A stretch of 64,000 nt of DNA from a virus (Duplodnaviria; Caudoviricetes), in the IMG/VR virus record IMGVR_UViG_3300046615_000261, positions 64,001 to 128,000 of that record. One strand, given 5' to 3'. The notes under the pieces are model-generated. The model saw nothing but the letters and a program-made list of their open reading frames with translations. It was not told where the DNA came from and made no database searches. This document shows, piece after piece, positions 37,487 to 46,824 of this stretch. The translations under genes and the position numbers were made by a program. The stretch's first letter is position 1, and each line of letters opens with the position of its first letter.

Positions 37487-38701
37487 ATGAAAATTGCTGT
37501 CATTGGGGCTGGAATCGCTGGTACGCTTTCCGCCTATTTCTTGGCCGAGGATGGCCACCAAGTTACTGTCATTGATCGAGAACCTGAGCCCGCGATGGCT
37601 TGCACTCGAGCGAATGGCGGTCAAATCTCTGTCTGCAACGCCAGCACCTGGAACACGTGGTTGAACGTGCGCAAGGGTTTGAAGTGGCTCACACAAGCAG
37701 ACGCCCCTCTCCTGATTCGTCCGAAGCCTGAACTCGCGAAGCTGAAATGGCTCGCTGGTTTCATGCGGCACGTCGTGAACGGCACGCACGAGGCGAACAC
37801 GATCGAGACGATCGGTCTCGGCCTGACATCACGTTCCTTGTACGAGAAGATCGCTGAGCGCGAAGGTCTGCAGTTCGACAAGTCGAGCACTGGCCTGCTG
37901 AATGTGTACACGAGCGACAAGTCGTTCGAAGACGCGCTCGATGAGAACTGGATGTTCGCGTACGCTGGTCTTGAGCGGAAAGAGCTCACTACTGAGGAGG
38001 TGATAGCGCTTGATCCAGGTCTGAAGAACTTCAAACATCTCGTTGGCGGCATCCTGACCGAGTCCGATTGGACGGGCGATCCGCACAAGTTCTGCCAGCA
38101 GCTCAGAACGATTCTCGAGTCACGCGGTACCCAGTTCCAATTCAATCAAGAGATCGAGCTTGGAACCGTGCACGATGCGAACACATTCACGCAGAACGGC
38201 CATGACTTGCTCGGCCTGTATGATCTGGTCGTCGTCTCGAACGGTCATGAGATCAGCCAGTTCGCATCGCACCTTGGCGACTCGATGAATGTGTACCCTG
38301 TGAAGGGGTACTCGATTACGATCGATGTGGAAGGTGATGAAGCTCCTCAGTTCTCGCTCCTTGATGACGATCGCAAGATCGTCTCCTCGCGTCTTGGCGA
38401 TCGCTTCCGCATTGCCGGAACTGCTGAGCTCACTGGTGTGAATTACGACATCCGCCGAGATCGAATCGATCCGCTTTTGAACTGGGTCCGTGAGAACTTC
38501 CCGAACGTTCGAACAAGCACGTACAACCCGTGGGCCTGCCTCCGCCCAATGAACTCGAACATGATGCCAATCGTTCGTCGTTCCAAGAACCCGCGCGTCT
38601 GGTACCATGGCGGTCACGGCCATCTGGGCTGGACCCTTGGTGCGGCAACTGCGAATCAGCTCGCCGAGAAGATTCAAATCGCCGTGACAGTGGGTGGCTA
38701 G
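37487..38701 (+). CDS. dadA: FAD-dependent D-amino acid dehydrogenase (DadA/DAO family)
   Basis: GAGIAG Rossmann motif, ANGGQIS, YPVKGYSIT, RIAGTAE, WACLRP, GHGHLGWTLG. Confidence 0.85.
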   Translation: MKIAVIGAGIAGTLSAYFLAEDGHQVTVIDREPEPAMACTRANGGQISVCNASTWNTWLNVRKGLKWLTQADAPLLIRPKPELAKLKWLAGFMRHVVNGTHEANTIETIGLGLTSRSLYEKIAEREGLQFDKSSTGLLNVYTSDKSFEDALDENWMFAYAGLERKELTTEEVIALDPGLKNFKHLVGGILTESDWTGDPHKFCQQLRTILESRGTQFQFNQEIELGTVHDANTFTQNGHDLLGLYDLVVVSNGHEISQFASHLGDSMNVYPVKGYSITIDVEGDEAPQFSLLDDDRKIVSSRLGDRFRIAGTAELTGVNYDIRRDRIDPLLNWVRENFPNVRTSTYNPWACLRPMNSNMMPIVRRSKNPRVWYHGGHGHLGWTLGAATANQLAEKIQIAVTVGG

Positions 38702-38830
38702 CACGTAGGCTCGGCTCACTCAGAACACCCGAGGGACCTTTGCGTCCCTCGTTCAGTATGCTCTGCATCCTAGAACTCGGGTGCACCCTGCGCACTGATC
38801 GTTACAATTGATCTTTCAAGGAGAACAAGA

Positions 38831-39031
38831 ATGACAACTTACGCACGGAAGGTGCTCGACGTAGCAGTCCACAATCTGGATCGCTCGATCGAAGTACAAG
38901 AAGCGTCTATCAAAGAGCTGCGGAATGATCTTGGCATCGCAGAGAACGATCTGCAGAACAGCTACAACCACCGCGTCGAGCTGATCAACTCGATCATCGC
39001 GCTCGACGCTCTGAAGCGAGATGCTGTCTAA
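38831..39031 (+). CDS. Small coiled-coil hypothetical protein
   Basis: TACAAT 38803, SD GGAG. Confidence 0.65.
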   Translation: MTTYARKVLDVAVHNLDRSIEVQEASIKELRNDLGIAENDLQNSYNHRVELINSIIALDALKRDAV

Positions 39032-39575
39032 GATCACGATCCCGTTCATTAGGAAGATCATTCCTAGTGTGATCGCGTCTGAACTTGTCAGTGTTCAACC
39101 GCTGACAGGCCCCGTAGGCGAGATCTTTTCGATCCGCCATAATTTAGAACTTTACTTTGGACCAGGAACAAACCAAGCCATGATGAATATCCGCCAACGC
39201 TCTGTGAACGTCAATCGTCTCGAGCTGCTCGAGAAGCTCCGCGCCAATCTCGCTGTACATCGCGCCGAGTACGAAACCGCTCTGAGCGAGTACAAGCAAC
39301 GTCTGATCGACGACCTGAAGCTTGCTGTGAAGAAGGTCGGCAAGGTCGAGAATCCACTCGAGCTGAAGAGCTTCCGATTCGCTCTGCCATTCCCACAGGA
39401 TTACTCCTCGCAGTACGAGGAAGTGATCGACATGCTCGAGATGTCGGTTGATGAGAACATCAATCTCGACTCCGAATCGTTCAAGGCGTACCTGAAGAAC
39501 GAGTGGTCGTGGAAGGGTAACTTCGAAGCTTCCGCCGCGATGTACAAGTCGGTCGGCTCTTCGCTCTCGCTGTAA
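39021..39575 (+). CDS. Protein with an N-terminal copy of the gp23 Gol-like segment fused to a helical phage domain
   Basis: aa 4-39 are 24/36 identical to capsid aa 56-91. Confidence 0.7.
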   Translation: MLSKITIPFIRKIIPSVIASELVSVQPLTGPVGEIFSIRHNLELYFGPGTNQAMMNIRQRSVNVNRLELLEKLRANLAVHRAEYETALSEYKQRLIDDLKLAVKKVGKVENPLELKSFRFALPFPQDYSSQYEEVIDMLEMSVDENINLDSESFKAYLKNEWSWKGNFEASAAMYKSVGSSLSL

Positions 39576-39811
39576 TGGCACAGACCCAAGGATACTGGAT
39601 TTCTTGGGTCCCCCAGAACACTGGTTGGTCTGGGGGAATCTCCTGGTTTGACACCAAGTCAGGGCCGATCTCGCGGTACAAAGCGACCGTATGCGCCTCG
39701 AAAGAGGAAGCTCAGAGGGTGAACGCTGAGCTGAAGGAAGCGATGAAGACATCCGAGGTTCTGTACCGCGTTGTGAAGCGAACCGTGACTGAGGAATACT
39801 TCTATGACTGA
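39575..39811 (+). CDS. Hypothetical protein
   Basis: TAATG-coupled. Confidence 0.6.
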   Translation: MAQTQGYWISWVPQNTGWSGGISWFDTKSGPISRYKATVCASKEEAQRVNAELKEAMKTSEVLYRVVKRTVTEEYFYD

Positions 39812-40091
39812 TGACGAACGTCGCGCGAAGACGAAGGAAATCCAGGCAGAGCTCGCTCGACTGTCGGCTGAGACGAAGATCATGGAGCTTCGTCGGAAGG
39901 CGCTTAACGCCAGGTACGATGCTGCTGAGACCGAATTGCAGCTGTTCTGCCTGCATGAGGACATTGAGAACAAGGTCGAGCACTATGAAGGCGGCTACTA
40001 CGATCGAGCCAGCACCGAGCGGTGGCGTCGTTGCAAGACCTGCGGAACAACCTCGGAGCGAGTGACTGAAACGCACTCGTGGTACGGATGA
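39804..40091 (+). CDS. Hypothetical protein with C-terminal CxxC
   Basis: Overlapping run of early ORFs. Confidence 0.6.
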   Translation: MTDDERRAKTKEIQAELARLSAETKIMELRRKALNARYDAAETELQLFCLHEDIENKVEHYEGGYYDRASTERWRRCKTCGTTSERVTETHSWYG

Positions 40092-40594
40092 TCCGCAATG
40101 ATTGGATTGACCTCTGGCGTCGATTCACTTTCAATCTCGACGATCCGCATATTCTTGCTGAGGCGCACGAAATTTTGATCCATGGAGCTCGTGGTGAACG
40201 ATCTGATGACGTTCGGCTTGAGGACTCCAAGCGTGGATTAGCAGTGCAGTACGCAGTGGCCGATCATCTCTTCAAGCAAGGGAACGCAGTCTGTCGTCCA
40301 GAGGATGGGGTGTATCATTACGACTTGATAGTGAACGGATATTTCGTTGACGTGAAGTGTCGTTTCACTGGCAAGTTCTGGCAACAGACGAAGTACGAAG
40401 CAAAGAAGGTTCCTGAGTCAGGTGACCGGGTTCTCTATCTCTGCATTGACGCATTTCCAGAGACTCGCCCTGAAGATCAGCGCTTCAAGTACATGGGCGG
40501 GTGCTGGTCAGAAAACCTCTCGCCAAGTGATTACGGGTGTCCGTACGTTGATCAGAAGAACTTCATTGATCTGGATGAACTGATGGTAATCTGA
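40088..40594 (+). CDS. PD-(D/E)xK nuclease-like protein
   Basis: YDLIVNGYFVDVK motif; ATGA-coupled start 40088. Confidence 0.55.
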   Translation: MIRNDWIDLWRRFTFNLDDPHILAEAHEILIHGARGERSDDVRLEDSKRGLAVQYAVADHLFKQGNAVCRPEDGVYHYDLIVNGYFVDVKCRFTGKFWQQTKYEAKKVPESGDRVLYLCIDAFPETRPEDQRFKYMGGCWSENLSPSDYGCPYVDQKNFIDLDELMVI

Positions 40595-40680
40595 CCCACG
40601 TTAGGGACTACCGATCGTAACACCCGACTTAGAATAGTCATTCCTCTCCAGTGTCTCAAGACACATTTATTGGAGAGAAA

Positions 40681-41112
40681 ATGACTGAAAATACTTTAAA
40701 GACTGATTGGGTTCAAGACATCGCAGCAATGCACACCAAGTTCGGTGTGAACACCGTTGTTCGAGGTCTGGACAAAGAGAAGCTCTCGAAGTTCCTGCAG
40801 TTCCGCCTGGATTTCCTTCAGGAAGAACTGGACGAAGCGAAAGAAGCTCTGGCATCCGGTGAAGTCGATCGTGCAGAAGACGTGGTTGACGCCATGATCG
40901 ATCTGTGTGTCGTCGCAATCGGTACGCTCGATGCTTTCGACGTGAATGCGTATGAAGCTTGGAATCGCGTGCACGGCAAGAACATGGAAAAGACTCCTGG
41001 CATCAAGCCAGAACGTCCGAATCCGCTGGGTCTGCCAGATCTGATCAAACCAGCTGGCTGGACAGCTCCTACACACGCGGACAACGTCGGGATTCTTGCA
41101 CGGGTTTTCTAA
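40681..41112 (+). CDS. MazG/all-alpha NTP pyrophosphohydrolase
   Basis: FRLDFLQEELDEAKEA...DVVDAMIDLCVVAIGTL...VHGKNMEK...DLIKPAGWTAP. Confidence 0.8.
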   Translation: MTENTLKTDWVQDIAAMHTKFGVNTVVRGLDKEKLSKFLQFRLDFLQEELDEAKEALASGEVDRAEDVVDAMIDLCVVAIGTLDAFDVNAYEAWNRVHGKNMEKTPGIKPERPNPLGLPDLIKPAGWTAPTHADNVGILARVF

Positions 41113-41140
41113 ACCTGAGGGTTCCGTCGGCGATGTAAAT

Positions 41141-41168
41141 AGGCCTGTACTTACGTATAGGCCTTTTT
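41141..41168 (+). terminator. Intrinsic terminator overlapping a late promoter
   Basis: aggcctgtac-ttac-gtataggcct-tttt; TAAATA at 41136..41141. Confidence 0.7.
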
Positions 41169-41171
41169 CGC

Positions 41172-42023
41172 ATGCGCCAGCTTGACATCATCACCATCAC
41201 ACCCAGCACTAACCCGGCCGTCCCATCGACGTTCGAGGTTGCTGGCGACTTCACTTCAATTTTCCACGGTAAAGAGTGGATCGACGAGGATGGAGTACGC
41301 TTCCCGTTCTACGACACTGTGGCTGGAGGTACGCTTCTTGTCGCAACTACGTTCGATGTAATCGGAAATCCAAAGTACGCAGGTCGGTACACGGTTTACA
41401 CGAAGCCGACTCTTGGCGGTCTGGATTCCTCAACGTACCAATCTGGTCCTAATCGCACGATTGTTCGTGTGAATGAGGCGATGCCAGCCGGTACCTCAGG
41501 TGAACTGATCATCGGGAAGATCACGCGCGTTTCGACGTACCTGCTCTCGATCGCTGGTGAGTCAGACTTCGTTCTCACTGAACAGCAGAGCGTCACTGAT
41601 CGTCCGATCGAACTCTCTGGTCGTTTGACCGTCGGTTGGGGTGAGTCGATGATGCAGAACATGCTTCGTCAAGCTCAGTCGTTCGCAGGTCCTACAGCTC
41701 CTGAGAATCCTTTCCTTGGTCAGCTCTGGCTTGACACAACGACCAGCGTTCTGATGATCCGTGGCGCTTCGGCTTGGAGCATCGTGAATGCTCAAGTGTT
41801 CGGTGCTTCGTACCGTTTCACACAAGGCGCAGCATCAACGACTTGGACCGTGAATCACGGTCTTGCTTTGCCAGCTCCATTCCACGCGGGCTTCGAGTTC
41901 TTCGTTGATACTCCAGGCGGGCTGAAGCCGATTCTTCCTCTTGACGTGACGTTCAACTCTGCGAATCAGCTCACCGCTACGTTCTCGAACGCCAGCACCG
42001 GGTACGCGATCGTTCGCGCATAA
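41172..42023 (+). CDS. Virion structural protein (fibre/collar-associated)
   Basis: FAGPTAPENPFLGQLWLDT and QGAASTTWTVNHGL motifs; late promoter. Confidence 0.6.
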   Translation: MRQLDIITITPSTNPAVPSTFEVAGDFTSIFHGKEWIDEDGVRFPFYDTVAGGTLLVATTFDVIGNPKYAGRYTVYTKPTLGGLDSSTYQSGPNRTIVRVNEAMPAGTSGELIIGKITRVSTYLLSIAGESDFVLTEQQSVTDRPIELSGRLTVGWGESMMQNMLRQAQSFAGPTAPENPFLGQLWLDTTTSVLMIRGASAWSIVNAQVFGASYRFTQGAASTTWTVNHGLALPAPFHAGFEFFVDTPGGLKPILPLDVTFNSANQLTATFSNASTGYAIVRA

Positions 42024-42031
42024 GGAATAAC

Positions 42032-43474
42032 ATGCTGTACGATGGTATCAATCTAGCCGAGCACGCGTCGATCTTGAACATCACCGTGCAGTCTGGCACG
42101 GTGTTCCCGACAAATGCAAACGTCGCTGAGCTGTTCTATCGAACAGATTCGTCCACGCTGTACGCGCACGATGGCACCACTTGGCAGGCCCTCGGCGGAG
42201 GCGGTTCTGGTGGTGGATCGGTTGCTGCTGAAGCTGCGAAACTGAGCACGCCTCGATTGATCAACGGCGTCGCGTTCGACGGTACAGCGAACATCACAAT
42301 CACAGATAGCTCGGCACTGCCACTCGCTGGTGGCACACTCACTGGCTTGCTCGTTACACGCGCTTCAAATGGAACCACCGCTGGTCTGCGTCTTCCAGTA
42401 GGAACAGGTCCAGCAGCTCCAGTGAATGGCGATCTGTGGAACAGCGGATCGGCACTACAGCTCCGCGTCTCTGGGAACACGAAGACGATCGCGTTCACTG
42501 ACTCGAATATGGCATCAGCAGACAAATGGTCTGCTGCTCGAACGATTACTCTCGCTGGTGATGTCACTGGCTCGACATCGATTGACGGTTCGGCGAACGT
42601 TTCGCTAACGGCTGTTCTGTCTCCATCTGCCGTTCTTGCTGCGTTCATTGCCTCTGGCGGTGGTGGTGAAGCAAGCACGTTGAATGGCCAGCCTGGTTCG
42701 TTCTATACGAACATCACTGCTCGCCTTGGCTATACTCCGCTGAACGCATCAGCGTACACCGCAGCCGATGTGCTGTCGAAGCTGATCACAGTGGATGGTG
42801 CTGCTTCCGGTCTTGACGCTGATCTGCTTGATGGTCAGCACGGTGCGTACTATCGTGACTTGGCGAACATGAGCGGTACGCTCGCTGTGAATCAAGGCGG
42901 CACAGGTGTCGGAACGATTACTGGTTTGATCAAGGGAAATGGCACAAGCCCGGTGACTGCTGCAGTTGCTGGCACTGACTACGTTCTTCCAACAGGCTCG
43001 ATCACAGGGAACGCAAGCACGGCCTCGCGGATCAACGTTGGTGGCACTGCGTACCAGACGTACCGCATGAACAGCACAGGAACAACTCAAGAGTGGGGTG
43101 GAGCGATCCAGCCAATCTTGATTGCAGCCAGCGATGAGACAACTGATCTCACGGTTGGAGATGCGAAGGTCACGTTCAGAATGCCATTTGCGTTCACGCT
43201 GACTCAGCTTCCGCGAATTAGTCTTGCGGCCGCCGCCGTAGGTGAAGGTGACTTTGAAGTGGACATCAAGAAGAATGGCGTCTCGATTTTCAGCACGAAT
43301 TTGACGATCAACTCAAGTGACACAACAAGCAAAACTGCTTCAACTCCTGCGGTGCTTGTAAGCAATCCAACGGTATTTGCAGACGACGATGAAGTGACGA
43401 TTGATGTTATTCACGTTGGTATCAGCGTTGCTGGTGCAGGTCTGAAGGTTGCATTGGTGGGGTACCCATCATGA
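42032..43474 (+). CDS. Tail-fibre-like protein
   Basis: KLSTPRLINGVAFDGTANITI, ASGLDADLLDGQHG, VNQGGTG and AAVAGTDYV fibre motifs. Confidence 0.75.
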   Translation: MLYDGINLAEHASILNITVQSGTVFPTNANVAELFYRTDSSTLYAHDGTTWQALGGGGSGGGSVAAEAAKLSTPRLINGVAFDGTANITITDSSALPLAGGTLTGLLVTRASNGTTAGLRLPVGTGPAAPVNGDLWNSGSALQLRVSGNTKTIAFTDSNMASADKWSAARTITLAGDVTGSTSIDGSANVSLTAVLSPSAVLAAFIASGGGGEASTLNGQPGSFYTNITARLGYTPLNASAYTAADVLSKLITVDGAASGLDADLLDGQHGAYYRDLANMSGTLAVNQGGTGVGTITGLIKGNGTSPVTAAVAGTDYVLPTGSITGNASTASRINVGGTAYQTYRMNSTGTTQEWGGAIQPILIAASDETTDLTVGDAKVTFRMPFAFTLTQLPRISLAAAAVGEGDFEVDIKKNGVSIFSTNLTINSSDTTSKTASTPAVLVSNPTVFADDDEVTIDVIHVGISVAGAGLKVALVGYPS

Positions 43475-46209
43475 GCAGAGGTTGGATGAACGGAGAGGTG
43501 ATCGCTCCAGAAGATGCAGTGACCAGTGGTCGTTATCGAGTGATGAACTACCGTTTGTACGGGCATCCTGAAATGTTCCTGAACCCTTACCGGTTCGGTG
43601 GAGGCACGATCACTCCTCCTCCATCATCGCCGTACTTCATTTACGACACGTTCACTGGTGCGGACGGCACGTACATCTTCGATCACGTTGGTGACAGTGG
43701 TGTGGTCTGGACTATGAAGGCTGCTGCCCGCGAGTACAAGATCACGGATAACATCGGCATTAAGCTGTCGGGGAATACACTTCTCACAGACGGTTACTAC
43801 GGTGGGTACACCACAATCCTGCCGACGATTGCACTTCCAGCAGATACGCCATACTACGTTGAGTTCGATCTGACCTTCATTGAGGGAGCAGGTAACGGCC
43901 CGAACATTACGTTGTACCGCGCGAGTGGCACTGACGATACCTCCATGGACAACGCGGACTGGATCGGTCAGGTGATCCACACAGGGACTACCGGTGAACT
44001 GTTCATTAGCAGCAACATGCTTTCATCGGACACTTTGCCTGCGGCTGCTGAAACGCCTCACACATTTCGGTTCATCTTCGACGGGCTGAGCATGACGGTT
44101 AGAATGAATGGCACGACCATTCTCACCGATACCGATTCGTATTACGTGGGTCTCCCTGGCGGGTACATGGGCTTTGCTGTTGAGGATCGAGATGTACCGC
44201 CACAAATGTCGCTTGACAACTACAAGGTTGTCGTTCCTTCAACTGGTCTCGTGATCTTCAGAGATGATTTCACTGACAGTTCAGGCACGGTCCTTGAAGG
44301 CCGCGTTCCTAACATCCGCGAAGCTGGATCGACCGCGACTTGGAGCGACACCTCGAAGTTGTCTGATACGTCTCCTGAGTTCCAACTCACTGGTGCCGGT
44401 GAGGTGGGCGTCGTTCTTTCATCTGGGGCGCCAAGCGATACGGTAGCATGGACGTTCGCGTATCTGCCATTGGGCGGTGAAGTCTTGCGCTTCGAGACGT
44501 CTATTCGTAATGCTAACGGAACGAGCGCGCTCGTGCGCAGCAGCGACGAAGAAATTTTCTCTGTTGAGTTGAATCAAACCGACACTGGCGAGAATGTCAA
44601 GTTCGGTATCTTGAACGTTGGGTGGGTGTACATCGGCTCATCGGCAGACGGAGATGGTAGCGTCGCGTACGAACCTATTTTGGGTGTTGGCGGCGCGGCA
44701 GTTAAGTTCGCAGCAGAATGGGGTGGTGGATTCCTTCGGATCTTCATTGATGATGTTCAGATTTCAGAGATGGTCTGCACGACAGAGACACTGTCATCCG
44801 GTTCGCCAGGGTACATGTACTTCGAGTTCGCTAATGGGAACGTAGTTGACTATGTTGAGCTTAAGCGATTCGGATCTTCGACACCGCCTCCTGCTCCTCC
44901 AGCCCCACCAGTACCAATGTTCACGGTGAGTGCTTCATCTGGAATTCCACCGCTGACTGTGACCTTCACAGACACCTCGACAGGTGGACCGACCTCTTGG
45001 GCATGGGACTTCCAAAATGATGGTACTGTAGACAGCACTGCGCAGAATCAAATTTTCACGTTCACCGATCCTGGAACGTACGATGTGAAGCTCACGGTGA
45101 CGAACAGCGGTGGTTCAAGCAACGTAGTTCAAACGGCAGCGGTCACCGTCGCTTACCCAGCGTATACGATTTACGATTCGTTCAGCGGTGCGCCGCAAGA
45201 TCAGCAATTGACCGCTCACACTGGTGAAATCAATGCGTCTTGGACTTCGCCTTCTGGGTATCATCCAGTGGTGAATCCATCGTATCCGTATCCACCAGGT
45301 ACCGGCTATGCGCAGTTCACGTATGCCACTGGTAAGTCAGTCGGAACCATGACCTCAGCGACAGGTTTTGTTGAGGTTGGTTTTTCAGTGTTGAATTCGA
45401 ACGATAGCTTCATGCTCACGTTCTGCGACTCTCCTGCAATTGACAACTTCTTTACGCCTACGAATCGGAACGCGCCGACTGTGTTGTTCGTGAATGCCGA
45501 TCCGCCAAGGCTTGAGTTCACCAAGAGCGGTGAAGGCCCTGCGTACACGTACATGACGTACAACTCCGAAGTCAAGATCGATGGAACACTGAACAGATTC
45601 CGTCTGCAAGTGACGGCCAGTACGATCGACGTGATCATCAACGGCAGTACAGTGTACACGATGGCAAGCACATTCGATTTGACAGGGAAGCACGTCAGTA
45701 TTCGAAGCGACAGCGTCACGTCTTACAACGCATTGTTCTTCGACTACATCGTCGCAGGTCCTGGCAATCTGCCGTCACCACCTCCGACACCAATGGCAGC
45801 GCCACCGGCTCCGCCTCCACCGCCTCCTCCACCACCACCTCCGGCACCGCCTCCAGGAGCTGCACCATCTGCTACGCTGATCACGCTGCCGTACTCGGCA
45901 TCGGTTCCGCTGGACAGCAATCTGAAGTGGTACAAGTTCGTCCTGTCTGCGACAGCTACTGTCACAATGTCTACATTGAATTCGCCAGACACGAACGGTG
46001 ATACGTTCTTGGCGCTGTACGACAGTGCTGGCAACGGGCTCCAGGAGAATGACGATTCTGGCGCCAGGTACCTCAGTGAGATCGTTACTTCACTGAGTGC
46101 AGGCACGTACTACCTCGGCCTCACGTACTGGCCTGGCAATGTGAACTCTGGTTGGAATCTCACTGGTGGCTCTGTTGCTGGCTCTGATATTCTGCTGGAA
46201 GTGTCTTAA
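43471..46209 (+). CDS. Multi-domain fibre/adhesin-like protein with PKD and PPC domains
   Basis: PKD (TVTFTDTSTGGPTSWAWDF...PGTYDVKLTVTN), poly-Pro linkers, PPC-like C-terminus (DTFLALYD...NDD...LSAGTYYL); true start may be 43573 (MFLNPYRF). Confidence 0.65.
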   Translation: MSRGWMNGEVIAPEDAVTSGRYRVMNYRLYGHPEMFLNPYRFGGGTITPPPSSPYFIYDTFTGADGTYIFDHVGDSGVVWTMKAAAREYKITDNIGIKLSGNTLLTDGYYGGYTTILPTIALPADTPYYVEFDLTFIEGAGNGPNITLYRASGTDDTSMDNADWIGQVIHTGTTGELFISSNMLSSDTLPAAAETPHTFRFIFDGLSMTVRMNGTTILTDTDSYYVGLPGGYMGFAVEDRDVPPQMSLDNYKVVVPSTGLVIFRDDFTDSSGTVLEGRVPNIREAGSTATWSDTSKLSDTSPEFQLTGAGEVGVVLSSGAPSDTVAWTFAYLPLGGEVLRFETSIRNANGTSALVRSSDEEIFSVELNQTDTGENVKFGILNVGWVYIGSSADGDGSVAYEPILGVGGAAVKFAAEWGGGFLRIFIDDVQISEMVCTTETLSSGSPGYMYFEFANGNVVDYVELKRFGSSTPPPAPPAPPVPMFTVSASSGIPPLTVTFTDTSTGGPTSWAWDFQNDGTVDSTAQNQIFTFTDPGTYDVKLTVTNSGGSSNVVQTAAVTVAYPAYTIYDSFSGAPQDQQLTAHTGEINASWTSPSGYHPVVNPSYPYPPGTGYAQFTYATGKSVGTMTSATGFVEVGFSVLNSNDSFMLTFCDSPAIDNFFTPTNRNAPTVLFVNADPPRLEFTKSGEGPAYTYMTYNSEVKIDGTLNRFRLQVTASTIDVIINGSTVYTMASTFDLTGKHVSIRSDSVTSYNALFFDYIVAGPGNLPSPPPTPMAAPPAPPPPPPPPPPPAPPPGAAPSATLITLPYSASVPLDSNLKWYKFVLSATATVTMSTLNSPDTNGDTFLALYDSAGNGLQENDDSGARYLSEIVTSLSAGTYYLGLTYWPGNVNSGWNLTGGSVAGSDILLEVS

Positions 46210-46261
46210 GCTGACCTGATTTGAAGGCCTTGCAGGTTCATAGATTCGGTACAATAGGCCG

Positions 46262-46564
46262 ATGAAGAAGTTCCTGCAGGCCTTGACCAATCAAAGGCTC
46301 GAAAAACCGATCAGCGAAATTCCCGCCGAAAAACCGGCGCAAATTTTTTCGCCGATTAGTTTCGAGCGCACGGTCTTCCTGAGGGAACGCATTCAGGTTC
46401 TGCAGTCGATGTACAACGAATTCCTGCAGAAACCTGCGAAGTACGTTGTTGGGGGTCAGCACGAGCTCCAACGATCGGTCCTGAGCACGATCATGGCCGA
46501 GAAACTTCAGCTCATGGTCGAGCTGAACGTCTTGAGCGAGCATCTGGAGAAGACTAATGTTTAA
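46262..46564 (+). CDS. Hypothetical early protein (leaderless)
   Basis: TACAAT 46250..46255, ATG 7 nt later. Confidence 0.55.
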   Translation: MKKFLQALTNQRLEKPISEIPAEKPAQIFSPISFERTVFLRERIQVLQSMYNEFLQKPAKYVVGGQHELQRSVLSTIMAEKLQLMVELNVLSEHLEKTNV

Positions 46565-46772
46565 GCTGATCAAGTGTTCTGCGCCTGGGTGGGAGAAGGA
46601 ATTCCAAACCAGTGAAGAGATGAAAGCCGCGCTGTACAGTCACATCTGCGGCCTCTGCCGAGATGGGGCTGAGTCGTCGTACTGCGATCCAGTCCACGAG
46701 GGTTCCTCGTTCGGCGAACTGCTCAGCACCGGTTGCGGTTGCGAATTCGACGTGGAGCCTTACCCTCTGTAA
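46557..46772 (+). CDS. Small Cys-rich hypothetical protein
   Basis: SD GGAG; CxxC and CxC motifs. Confidence 0.55.
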   Translation: MFKLIKCSAPGWEKEFQTSEEMKAALYSHICGLCRDGAESSYCDPVHEGSSFGELLSTGCGCEFDVEPYPL

Positions 46773-46824
46773 CACGTTACAGATTAGTTGTGTACGTCAT
46801 CCTGTGGTGGAGTAGAATTCACCC

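Noticed and set aside
45775-45860. CCN-rich tandem repeat
   Set aside because: It is the coding sequence of a poly-Pro linker, not an independent repeat element
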